From a candidate division WOR-3 bacterium (GTDB lineage: Bacteria; Hydrothermota; 32-111), in contig JBDRZU010000001.1 of NCBI GenBank assembly GCA_039804105.1, positions 768,001 to 832,000 on the forward strand: a DNA stretch of 64,000 nucleotides, given 5' to 3'. Positions within the stretch are counted from its first letter, which is position 1, and each line of letters starts with the position of its first letter. The notes under the pieces are model-generated. The model worked only from the letters and a program-made list of their open reading frames with translations. It was not told the origin of the DNA and did not search any database. Below, in pieces: positions 51,596-60,334 of the stretch. A program made the position numbers and the translations under genes.

Positions 51596-52934
51596 TATTG
51601 TAATACCTGATTTTTCTATAGAGAGTTGATAAATTTATTCCAAGTGCCAAACTTGCCTGTTTTTTGTCATAGTTAAAATATTTCAAAGTATCCTCAATAA
51701 GTTTTCTTTCAACATCTTCGATTTTCTGTGGAATGAAATCTGTTCGATCCGTTTGAATTTTTAAATTCGAAAGTAGTGGAATATCCGATTTTTTTATTTC
51801 AAAATTATCTTTTATCACAATTATCCTTTCAACTATATTCATAAGTTCTCTTACATTCCCAGGCCATGAATATTCGGTTAAAACATTATAAACTTCAGGG
51901 TCAATCTTTTTTATAGTTTTTCCCATCTTTTTTGAATAGTAAGCAACATAATAATCAAAAATCTTTGGAATATCACTTTTTCTTTCCCTCAAGGGTGGAA
52001 GATCTATTCTGACAACATTCAATCTATAAAAAAGGTCCAACCTGAATCTATTATTTTTCACCTCCTCATCTATGTCTTTGTTCGTCGCTGAAATTATTCT
52101 AACATCAACAGGTATAGGTTCTGTAGAACCAACTGGAACAACTTCTTTTTCCTGTAAAACTCTCAAAAGTTTTGCCTGAAGAGAAAAATCCATCTCAGAT
52201 ATCTCATCAAGAAAAAGAGTCCCCATATTTGCAACCTTGATCAGTCCATCCTTATTTGTGTATGCACCTGTAAAAGCACCTTTTTTGTAACCGAAAAGTT
52301 CACTTTCTATAAGGTTTGGGTTCAGAGCAGCACAGTTGAAAGAAACAAAGTTTTTATCTCTTCTTCTTGAATTGTTGTGTATCATCCTTGCGATCAACTC
52401 TTTTCCCGTTCCACTTTCTCCTGTGATCAGAACTGTTGAGTCGGTTTTTGAAATATCGTTTAAGTTCTTTAAAATAATTTTTATCTTTTCATCTTCACCT
52501 ATAAAATCTGTTGGTATTTGAAATTTTTCTCTTTCTTTAAGATAAATGTAATTTAACTTTTCATCCCTATTTTTCAAAGCCCGATCAACGATTTCGACAA
52601 GATAATCAGAATCTTCAACCTTCTCAAGAAAATCGAAAGCACCATTTCTGAGTGCATCGAGCAAAAGTTCTTGTGTTTTTCCAAATGCTGTTATAAGGAT
52701 AACATTAACTATTGGATCTATCTCTCTTAGCCGCTTTAAAAGTTCTATTCCTGATATCTCTCTCATCTTAATATCTGAAATCACAAGATCGATGTTCTCG
52801 TTTTTGAATTTTTCCAAAGCATCATAAGGATTTGTTGTAAATGTAGTTTTGTAACCTAAATTTTTGAGTTTGTAATCAAGAACTTTACATCTATTCAAAT
52901 CATCATCAACTATTAAGATGTGATATTTATTCAA
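51582..52934 (-). CDS. pilR: Sigma-54-dependent response regulator (NtrC family), PilR
   Basis: REC, GESGTGKE, ESELFG, GAFTGA, FRLDLFYRL, WPGNVREL, Fis-type HTH; follows pilS. Confidence 0.85.
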   Translation of the reverse strand: MNKYHILIVDDDLNRCKVLDYKLKNLGYKTTFTTNPYDALEKFKNENIDLVISDIKMREISGIELLKRLREIDPIVNVILITAFGKTQELLLDALRNGAFDFLEKVEDSDYLVEIVDRALKNRDEKLNYIYLKEREKFQIPTDFIGEDEKIKIILKNLNDISKTDSTVLITGESGTGKELIARMIHNNSRRRDKNFVSFNCAALNPNLIESELFGYKKGAFTGAYTNKDGLIKVANMGTLFLDEISEMDFSLQAKLLRVLQEKEVVPVGSTEPIPVDVRIISATNKDIDEEVKNNRFRLDLFYRLNVVRIDLPPLRERKSDIPKIFDYYVAYYSKKMGKTIKKIDPEVYNVLTEYSWPGNVRELMNIVERIIVIKDNFEIKKSDIPLLSNLKIQTDRTDFIPQKIEDVERKLIEDTLKYFNYDKKQASLALGINLSTLYRKIRYYNIKDL

Positions 52935-54468
52935 TGTTCCTCCTGAATTTCAAAGTAAATTCAGTATAACCCTTTTCACTTTTAAAATCAATCTCTCCTG
53001 AATGTTCATCTTTCACAATTTTGTATACTATTGAAAGCCCAAGACCTGTTCCTTTTGTCTTATTTGTTGTAAAAGGTTGAAATATTTTTGTTTTTAAATC
53101 TTGATCAATACCTTTCCCATTATCGATAAACCTTAAAACATCGTATCCATTTTCACGTTCATATACAACCTTCACAAAACCATTTTCAAGACCATCTATT
53201 GCATCAAAACTGTTATCAAGAAGGTTTATGAAGACCTGTTTTAGTCCTGTTCTTTCTGCAAAGACCATGGCATTTTCAAAATTTTCAAATTTAACCATTT
53301 TATACTTTTCATCACATAGAAAAAGTTCTCCTAAAAATTCTTTTAAATTTATAAGTGTCGCTTCAATTTTTCTTACTCTTGCATATTCAAGAAATTGGTT
53401 CACAAGTAAGTTCAACCTTTCAACCTCTTCAAAAAGAATGTTGAACATCGGATGAGTTCTGAATTCATCCTTCAATTCACTAAGAAGAATCCGTGCGCTC
53501 TCTTTTATGTTTGATACAGGATTTCTTATTTCATGTGCAAGTGATGCTGAAAGTTGTCCAATCGTTTCAAGTTTATCTTTTATTCTCAACCTTCTCTCAT
53601 ATTCGACTATATCGGTTATATCGTTTATGAAAATCATTATAAATGTTTCACCACTTTTCTCGTTGAAAATTTTATCAACCTGCAATTGATAGGTTTTGTT
53701 CTCTCTTGTAAAATTTTTTCTTTCACCTTTCTGAACAAGATCAAAGATTTCCTGATCAACATTTTTAAACTCAATATTTGAAGATATATTTTTAAAAAGT
53801 TCTCTACTTTTTTTGTTAAAATCTGTGATAGTATAATTCTTATCAAGAAGTATTATCGTGTATGGTATATGATCTAAAAGATCTTTCAACTTCGCTGAGT
53901 ATTTAAAAAGTTCAACCTTTCTTGCCTGTAACCTTTCGGAAAGAAAACCACTCACAGCAGCAACAAGAAAGAAGGAAAGAATATAGATATACACTCTTAC
54001 TATCAATTCTTCAAGATTGATCTGTGGTTGTGGTAAAGGTCGATATGGTGATATTATAAAACCAAAGTACTCTCCAAAAACAAAAAACGAATAAGCGAAA
54101 GTTGATAATATAGCAGTTAAAAAACTACCTTTTGCAAAAATAAAGAAACTCGCTGCAATGATGTTAACAAAATACAAAATCTCAAAAAAATTATTTGACC
54201 CGCCAGTAAAATAAACTATACCAAAAATTAAAAGGTTGTCGTATATGATCTGAATGTAATTATAAAAAATATAAAATCTTTTTGTTCGAAGTAAAATTAA
54301 AAGAAAAAAACTAAAAAGGATCGTTAGAATCAGTATTGAAAAATGGGGAATTAGATTGAATTTCATACCCCTTAAACGGGAAAATATCCCAAGTAGAGGG
54401 AGTGTCAAAACAATGAAAAACCTTATGAGGATATACCAAAAATATTTTCTGTCTATATCTTTAAACAT
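52927..54468 (-). CDS. pilS: Membrane sensor histidine kinase PilS
   Basis: 6-TM N-terminus with FTGG, PAS, LAHEIRNP, GTGLGL; position pilC-pilS-pilR. Confidence 0.85.
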   Translation of the reverse strand: MFKDIDRKYFWYILIRFFIVLTLPLLGIFSRLRGMKFNLIPHFSILILTILFSFFLLILLRTKRFYIFYNYIQIIYDNLLIFGIVYFTGGSNNFFEILYFVNIIAASFFIFAKGSFLTAILSTFAYSFFVFGEYFGFIISPYRPLPQPQINLEELIVRVYIYILSFFLVAAVSGFLSERLQARKVELFKYSAKLKDLLDHIPYTIILLDKNYTITDFNKKSRELFKNISSNIEFKNVDQEIFDLVQKGERKNFTRENKTYQLQVDKIFNEKSGETFIMIFINDITDIVEYERRLRIKDKLETIGQLSASLAHEIRNPVSNIKESARILLSELKDEFRTHPMFNILFEEVERLNLLVNQFLEYARVRKIEATLINLKEFLGELFLCDEKYKMVKFENFENAMVFAERTGLKQVFINLLDNSFDAIDGLENGFVKVVYERENGYDVLRFIDNGKGIDQDLKTKIFQPFTTNKTKGTGLGLSIVYKIVKDEHSGEIDFKSEKGYTEFTLKFRRNIE

Positions 54469-54481
54469 TCAAATGTAAATG

Positions 54482-55684
54482 TTATCCAGCAACAAGAGTT
54501 ATCATCTTAAACATCGGTAGATACATTGCGACCATCATTCCACCAACAACTGTTGCAAGAACAACCATTATAAGTGGTTCGAGTGCTGACATGAGTGCTT
54601 CAACAGCAGCATCAACCTCTTCATCGTAAAAATCAGCAACTTTTATAAGCATCGATTCAAGACCACCGGTTTCCTCTCCGATCCTGATCATCTGAACTAC
54701 CATCGGTGGAAACACCTTTTCTTTTGAAAGAGGAAGTGATATCGATTCACCTTCCTGTATCGCAGTTCTCGCTTTCAGTATCGCTGCTTCAACAATAACA
54801 TTTCCAGCGGTTTTTGCTGTTGTTTCAAGTGCTGAAATAATGTTAACACCTGAGGAAAGGAGTGTCGCAAGTGTTCGTGAAAACCTCGCAACAACCTGTT
54901 TTCTCTGTAGATCTCCAAAAACTGGTGCTCCGAGTGCAAGTTTATCAAAAAATACTCTACCCTGAGGAGTATTCTGAAAAGATTTTAAAGCGACTATGAT
55001 AATAACGATCGCGATTATAATGAAAACAATATTTTTTCGTAGAAAATTCGAAAGGTTAACAAGTATCGCTGTTGGAAGAGGTAATGTACCACCAAAACTT
55101 GTGAACATACCTGCAAAGATCGGAATAACAAATATCAACATAACTGCAACAGCAATAACCATAACAACACTTATTATAGCGGGATAAACCATCGCTCCCT
55201 TAATCTTTCTTGTTAGTGCCTCATTCTTTTCAAGGTACGTTGCAAGACGGCTTAAAATCGTTTCTAGTGCACCACCTTCCTCACCCGCTTTTACCATGTT
55301 CACATAGAGTTCAGAAAAAGCATTCTTATGTTTTCTCATAGCATCAGCGAGAGTAAGTCCACTTTCAACATCGCTTATCATTTCTGATAGGACTTTTTTA
55401 AAAGGTTTACTCTCTGTTTGCTCATGAAGAATTCTTAAACATTGCATCAATGGAAGACCTGCTGCTATCATCGTTGAGAATTGTCTTGTAAAAATAGAGA
55501 TAACCTTTGTTGGAATTCCTCCTCCTCCACCAATTTCTATCGATGTCCAATCCATACTCAAGGAAATTATCTGATAACCTTGTGCTTTTAAAATCTGTTC
55601 TGCTTTTTGCTTGTTCGGTGCTTCGATCGAATCTTCTTTTATCTTTCCATCTCTACCTTTTGCTTTGTATTTAAACTTTGCCAT
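54482..55684 (-). CDS. pilC: Type IV pilus platform protein PilC
   Basis: FTRQFSTMIAAGLPL, AGEEGG, AMVYP, IGEETG, MYLPMF. Confidence 0.95.
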   Translation of the reverse strand: MAKFKYKAKGRDGKIKEDSIEAPNKQKAEQILKAQGYQIISLSMDWTSIEIGGGGGIPTKVISIFTRQFSTMIAAGLPLMQCLRILHEQTESKPFKKVLSEMISDVESGLTLADAMRKHKNAFSELYVNMVKAGEEGGALETILSRLATYLEKNEALTRKIKGAMVYPAIISVVMVIAVAVMLIFVIPIFAGMFTSFGGTLPLPTAILVNLSNFLRKNIVFIIIAIVIIIVALKSFQNTPQGRVFFDKLALGAPVFGDLQRKQVVARFSRTLATLLSSGVNIISALETTAKTAGNVIVEAAILKARTAIQEGESISLPLSKEKVFPPMVVQMIRIGEETGGLESMLIKVADFYDEEVDAAVEALMSALEPLIMVVLATVVGGMMVAMYLPMFKMITLVAG

Positions 55685-55700
55685 CTATTCCCCCTTTTAA

Positions 55701-56792
55701 TTAAATATTAACATTTCCTGTCTTTCTATATTCAGCAAGCATCTTTTCAAGTTCTTCGGGCTCCTTCGAAGCAGCCATCATATTCTCAAGTGTAATCTGT
55801 CCTGTTCTATAGAGTTCAAACAACGCCTGGTTCATAGTCTGCATTCCATATTTTTTCCCTGCCTGTATCATAGAGTATATCTGGTGCACTTTGTCATCTC
55901 TTATCAACGCTTTTATTGCAGGTGTTCCAGCAAGTATCTCCATAGCCATCGCTCTTCCACCTCTTATCTTTGGAACAAGTGTTTGAGTCATTATAGCAAT
56001 TATAACAAAAGCGAGTTGTGCTCTGACCTGTCCCTGTTGTGCTTCAGGGAAAACATCTATGATACGGTTTATCGATTCTGCTGCTGAGTTTGTGTGTAGT
56101 GTGGCAAAAGTCAGGTGTCCGGTTTCAGATATAGTTAAAGCTGCCTGGATCGTTTCAAGATCTCTCATCTCACCTATCATCACAATATCAGGATCCTGTC
56201 TCAAAGCGTATTTTAAAGCACTCGCAAAAGATTTTGTATCAGAACCAACCTGTCGTTGGTTAACTATACATTTTTTATGTTTGAACAAGAATTCTATTGG
56301 ATCCTCAACAGTGATTATATGACTTCTTCTTTCCTGATTTATCTGATCTATCATTGCAGCAAGAGTTGTCGATTTTCCTGAACCGGTTGGACCTGTAACA
56401 AGTATTAGTCCTTTTGGTCTTTTTGCAAATTCTGATACTATTGGTGGTAACCCGAGTTCTTTGTATCCTTTTATTTCAAAAGGAATCTGTCTTAAAACCA
56501 TTGCAACATTTCCACGTTGTCTGAAAACATTTCCTCTGAATCTTGAAAGGTTTGGAACAGAAATCGAAAGATCAAGTTCCCAGTTCTGTTCAAATGTTTT
56601 CTTCTGCTGATCGTTTAAAACAGAATATGCTAACTGTTCACAATCCTGTGGTTTTAAAACATCATAGTTCATTGGAACAATCTCTCCATCGATTCTTATA
56701 CATGGAGGTAGTCCTGCTGTTATATGTAAATCTGATGCTTTTCTTTCAACCATCTCAGTTAAAAGTTGAACTATTGAAGGTAAAGGTGACAT
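55701..56792 (-). CDS. pilT: Type IV pilus retraction ATPase
   Basis: ASDLHI, GPTGSGKSTT, EDPIE, LRQDPD, ETGHL, AIKALIRD, GMQTMN. Confidence 0.95.
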   Translation of the reverse strand: MSPLPSIVQLLTEMVERKASDLHITAGLPPCIRIDGEIVPMNYDVLKPQDCEQLAYSVLNDQQKKTFEQNWELDLSISVPNLSRFRGNVFRQRGNVAMVLRQIPFEIKGYKELGLPPIVSEFAKRPKGLILVTGPTGSGKSTTLAAMIDQINQERRSHIITVEDPIEFLFKHKKCIVNQRQVGSDTKSFASALKYALRQDPDIVMIGEMRDLETIQAALTISETGHLTFATLHTNSAAESINRIIDVFPEAQQGQVRAQLAFVIIAIMTQTLVPKIRGGRAMAMEILAGTPAIKALIRDDKVHQIYSMIQAGKKYGMQTMNQALFELYRTGQITLENMMAASKEPEELEKMLAEYRKTGNVNI

Positions 56793-56803
56793 CTATAAAC
56801 CTC

Positions 56804-58567
56804 CTATTCCATTACAGCTGTTTCTCTTATAACCTCTTCTATCGTCGTTAAACCTTTTTTGACTTTTATCAAAGCATCGTCTCTTAAAGTTTTCATCCCT
56901 TCTTTTTTCGCCTGTTCTCTCAATTCAGCAGTTGATGCTCTGGCTAAAATCATCTCTCTGAGTTTGGGAGAGATAGGCATAACCTCTGTTACAGCCAATC
57001 TTCCCTTATAACCCTTTCCACCGCAGAAATCACAACCATCTCCCTTTTCATAAACCTGATGACCTTTCAAAATGAGAGGATCTATTCCATAATCTCTTAA
57101 TGTCTCCTCATCATAAACGATAGGCTTTCTACATTTCTCACACACCTTTCTGAGCAACCTCTGTGCCTGAATCAAATTTAAAGCAGCTGAAACAAGAAAC
57201 GGTTCAATTCCCATATCTATCAATCTGTTTACTGTTGAAGGTGAATCGTTTGTGTGAATCGTTGAAACAACAAGATGACCTGTGAGTGCTGCTCTTATTG
57301 CAATTTCTGCTGTTTCTGTATCTCTTATCTCTCCAACGAGTATCACATTTGGTGATTGTCTCAAAAATGCTCTTAGAGCTGATGCAAAAGTGAAACCAAT
57401 ATCTGGGTTGACCTGAACCTGATTTATTCCGTAAAGGTTATACTCTATTGGATCCTCTGCTGTCATTATCTGTATATCTGGTGTGTTCAGAGATGATAAA
57501 GCAGAATACAAAGTTGTTGATTTTCCTGAACCTGTTGGTCCTGTAACAAGAACTATTCCATAAGGTTTATGTATAGCTGCCTGGAATTTTTCGAGGTTGT
57601 CTGGCTCAAATCCAAGTTTTGTCATTTCAAGTTGTAATGCTGATTTATCAAGTATTCTCATAACAACCTTTTCTCCAAAAAGCACAGGTATTATTGAAAC
57701 TCTAAGGTCTATCTGTTTATCATAAACCTTCAACCTTATTCTCCCATCCTGAGGAATATTGTGAACAGCGATGTCAAGTTCTGACATCAGTTTTATTCTA
57801 GAAACGATTCCAGCTTTCAGTTCATATGGGGGTCTTATAAGTTCAGTTAAAACACCATCAACTCTAAGTCGTACTCTTAAATAATTTTCAAATGGTTCTA
57901 TATGTATATCGGATGCTTTTAGCTCAACCGCCTTTGTAAATATATAGTTTACAATTTTGACAACCGGCTTATCCTCTGCTGCTGAAGCACCATCGATAAC
58001 CATCTCTTTTGAGTCGGCTTCTCCAACAACCTCCACATCATCATCTCCAAGAGAAATATCCTCATCTATATCAAGGTTAACTTCTTCATCAATATCAAGA
58101 TCAATATCTATATCATCCTCTTCAGAAAACTCACTCACCTGTGTTTGTGCTTCCCTGTATTTACCAAGTGCTTTTTGGAGTGAATTTTCAGTGGTAACAA
58201 CAGGAATAACATCGAGTCCTGTTTTGAATTTGACATCATCTATAGCGTTAAGATTTGCGGGATTTACCATAGCAAGAAAGAGCATATTACCGGTTTTCTT
58301 ATATGGTATCATCATATGTTTTGTTGCAAGTTCCTCTGGTATCAGATTCAAAATCTGAATAGGTATATCCTCTTTATCTATCAGGATAAATTCGGTTTTA
58401 AAATATTTTGCAAGAAATTTTGCGATTTTCTCTTCAGTTGAAAAACCTAAACTTACAACCGACTTGATAAAAGATTCCCCTGTCTCTTTCTGTCTTTCGA
58501 ATACCTTTCCAACCTGTTCCCTGTTCAAAATTCCTGCTGAAGTGAAAAGATTGGCAAGTGTTTGCAT
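56804..58567 (-). CDS. pilB: Type IV pilus extension ATPase PilB, paralogue 2 (degenerate MshEN motif)
   Basis: ASDIHIEP, PQDGRI, GPTGSGKSTT, GEIRD, CEKC/CDFC zinc site. Confidence 0.9.
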   Translation of the reverse strand: MQTLANLFTSAGILNREQVGKVFERQKETGESFIKSVVSLGFSTEEKIAKFLAKYFKTEFILIDKEDIPIQILNLIPEELATKHMMIPYKKTGNMLFLAMVNPANLNAIDDVKFKTGLDVIPVVTTENSLQKALGKYREAQTQVSEFSEEDDIDIDLDIDEEVNLDIDEDISLGDDDVEVVGEADSKEMVIDGASAAEDKPVVKIVNYIFTKAVELKASDIHIEPFENYLRVRLRVDGVLTELIRPPYELKAGIVSRIKLMSELDIAVHNIPQDGRIRLKVYDKQIDLRVSIIPVLFGEKVVMRILDKSALQLEMTKLGFEPDNLEKFQAAIHKPYGIVLVTGPTGSGKSTTLYSALSSLNTPDIQIMTAEDPIEYNLYGINQVQVNPDIGFTFASALRAFLRQSPNVILVGEIRDTETAEIAIRAALTGHLVVSTIHTNDSPSTVNRLIDMGIEPFLVSAALNLIQAQRLLRKVCEKCRKPIVYDEETLRDYGIDPLILKGHQVYEKGDGCDFCGGKGYKGRLAVTEVMPISPKLREMILARASTAELREQAKKEGMKTLRDDALIKVKKGLTTIEEVIRETAVME

Positions 58568-58568
58568 A

Positions 58569-60299
58569 CTACCTTAAAGCGGTCTCCTTTACAACCTCAA
58601 GTATATCTGTTACACCCTGTTTCAGTTTTCTTAAAGCAACCTCTCTCATAGTTACCAATCCGTTTTCTATAGCAATTTTTTCAAGATCATCTGTTGTTAA
58701 TTTTTTCATTATCGCTTTTCTTATTTCAGGTGTTATATCCATAACCTCAAAGATTCCAACCATTCCTTTATAGCCCGTTCCACCACATTTTTCACATCCA
58801 GCACCTTTATAAAGTTTTGCTCCTCCGATCTCCTCGGGTGAAAAACCAAGACGTTTCAATTCTTCATCAGATATGTTATGTGGAATTTTACAATTTTCAC
58901 AGATCCTTCTCAACAATCTCTGTGATACTATACAGTTTACAGTTGAAGAGATCAAAAATGGTTCAACACCCATGTTTATCAACCTCGTTATAGTTCCTGA
59001 GGTAGAATTCGTGTGAACCGATGATAGGACAAGGTGTCCTGTGAGTGATGCTCTTATCGCGATTTCTGCTGTTTCTCGATCTCTTATCTCTCCAACCATT
59101 ATAACATTTGGATCCTGCCTGAGATATGCTCTTAACGCTGATGCAAAAGTTAAACCGACCGACTCTGCAACCTGTAACTGGTTCACTCCATCGAGTGAAA
59201 ACTCAACAGGATCCTCTGCTGTTGTTATGTTTATTTCTGGACTATTTATCTTTGAAAGACATGTGTAAAGTGTTGTTGTTTTTCCTGAACCTGTTGGACC
59301 GGTTATCAAGATTATACCAACAGGGTTTCTTAGTGATTTCATCAATTTTTTTTCAAGATCTGGATCAAATCCTAATTTATCAAATTCAAAATCAACCTTT
59401 TCCCTGTCAAGGATTCTCATCGCAACCTTTTCACCATACATAGTGGGAACCGTAGCAACACGGATATCTATTGGTTTTCCATGAACTTTAACCTTTATTC
59501 TTCCATCCTGAGGTAATCTCGCTTCTTGGAGTTTCATATGAGCCATAACTTTTATTCTTGAAACGATCGATTTTCTGAATTGCCATTTTGGAGGATTTTC
59601 AATCGGTCTTAAAACACCATCTATCCTGTATCTTATCCTTAATGACTGATCGTATGGCTCAATATGTATATCTGAGGCACCTTCTTCAACAGCTTTTGTA
59701 ATCAGGTTGTTTACTATTTTGACTATTGGCCCACTATCCACAGATGCAGCAAGATCACTTACAACCTCATCTGCCTTTTCATTTTCATCCTTTTTTATGA
59801 CTTCAACATTCTCTTCAACTATATCGTTCAGATCGATATTATCCAAATCATCAATATCAACTTCAACATCGTCCTCTTCTGGATAATACCTGTTGATGAA
59901 TTCAAGTATCGATCTTTCGGATGATATCAAAGGAATGATCGTGTGTGCAATTGTAAACTGAATATCCTGTATCACAAACATATCCGCAGGGTTAGCCATT
60001 GCAAGATAAAGAGTTTTTCCCTCTCTTCTAACGGGAAAAATCGTATGTTGTCTTGCAAGTTTTCCAGGTATTATCTGAAGCAAAGATTCATCAACTTGAA
60101 TCTCTTCAAGATTCACAGCCTGAACTTTGTACTGTTTTGAAAGAAATTCTATAAGTTTTTTTTCTGATGTATATCCGAGTTCAACAAGAACAGTCCCTAA
60201 CTTTTTGTTTGTTTGTTTTTGAACTTTTAATGCTTCATTTAGTTGCTGATTGTTTATGATCCCAGCATTTATTAAAAGTTCTCCTAATTTTTCAGCCAT
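58569..60299 (-). CDS. pilB: Type IV pilus extension ATPase PilB, paralogue 1 (intact tandem MshEN motif)
   Basis: KLGELLINAGII...LNEALKVQ and KLGTVLVELG; GPTGSGKTTT, GEIRD, CENC/CEKC. Confidence 0.92.
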   Translation of the reverse strand: MAEKLGELLINAGIINNQQLNEALKVQKQTNKKLGTVLVELGYTSEKKLIEFLSKQYKVQAVNLEEIQVDESLLQIIPGKLARQHTIFPVRREGKTLYLAMANPADMFVIQDIQFTIAHTIIPLISSERSILEFINRYYPEEDDVEVDIDDLDNIDLNDIVEENVEVIKKDENEKADEVVSDLAASVDSGPIVKIVNNLITKAVEEGASDIHIEPYDQSLRIRYRIDGVLRPIENPPKWQFRKSIVSRIKVMAHMKLQEARLPQDGRIKVKVHGKPIDIRVATVPTMYGEKVAMRILDREKVDFEFDKLGFDPDLEKKLMKSLRNPVGIILITGPTGSGKTTTLYTCLSKINSPEINITTAEDPVEFSLDGVNQLQVAESVGLTFASALRAYLRQDPNVIMVGEIRDRETAEIAIRASLTGHLVLSSVHTNSTSGTITRLINMGVEPFLISSTVNCIVSQRLLRRICENCKIPHNISDEELKRLGFSPEEIGGAKLYKGAGCEKCGGTGYKGMVGIFEVMDITPEIRKAIMKKLTTDDLEKIAIENGLVTMREVALRKLKQGVTDILEVVKETALR

Positions 60300-60306
60300 A
60301 CATTAA

Positions 60307-60334
60307 ATTTTATTATTTTATTTTTTTAAGTCAA
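60307..60334 (-). promoter_or_regulatory. Putative leaderless promoter of pilB1-pilB2-pilT-pilC
   Basis: TTGACT-N16-TAAAAT-N7-ATG; no SD sequence. Confidence 0.55.

Noticed and set aside
55895..55920. PilT AIRNLIRE motif reads AIKALIRD, suggesting PilU or an inactive PilT
   Set aside because: This is conservative variation; all catalytic motifs and the pilB-pilT-pilC position fit PilT
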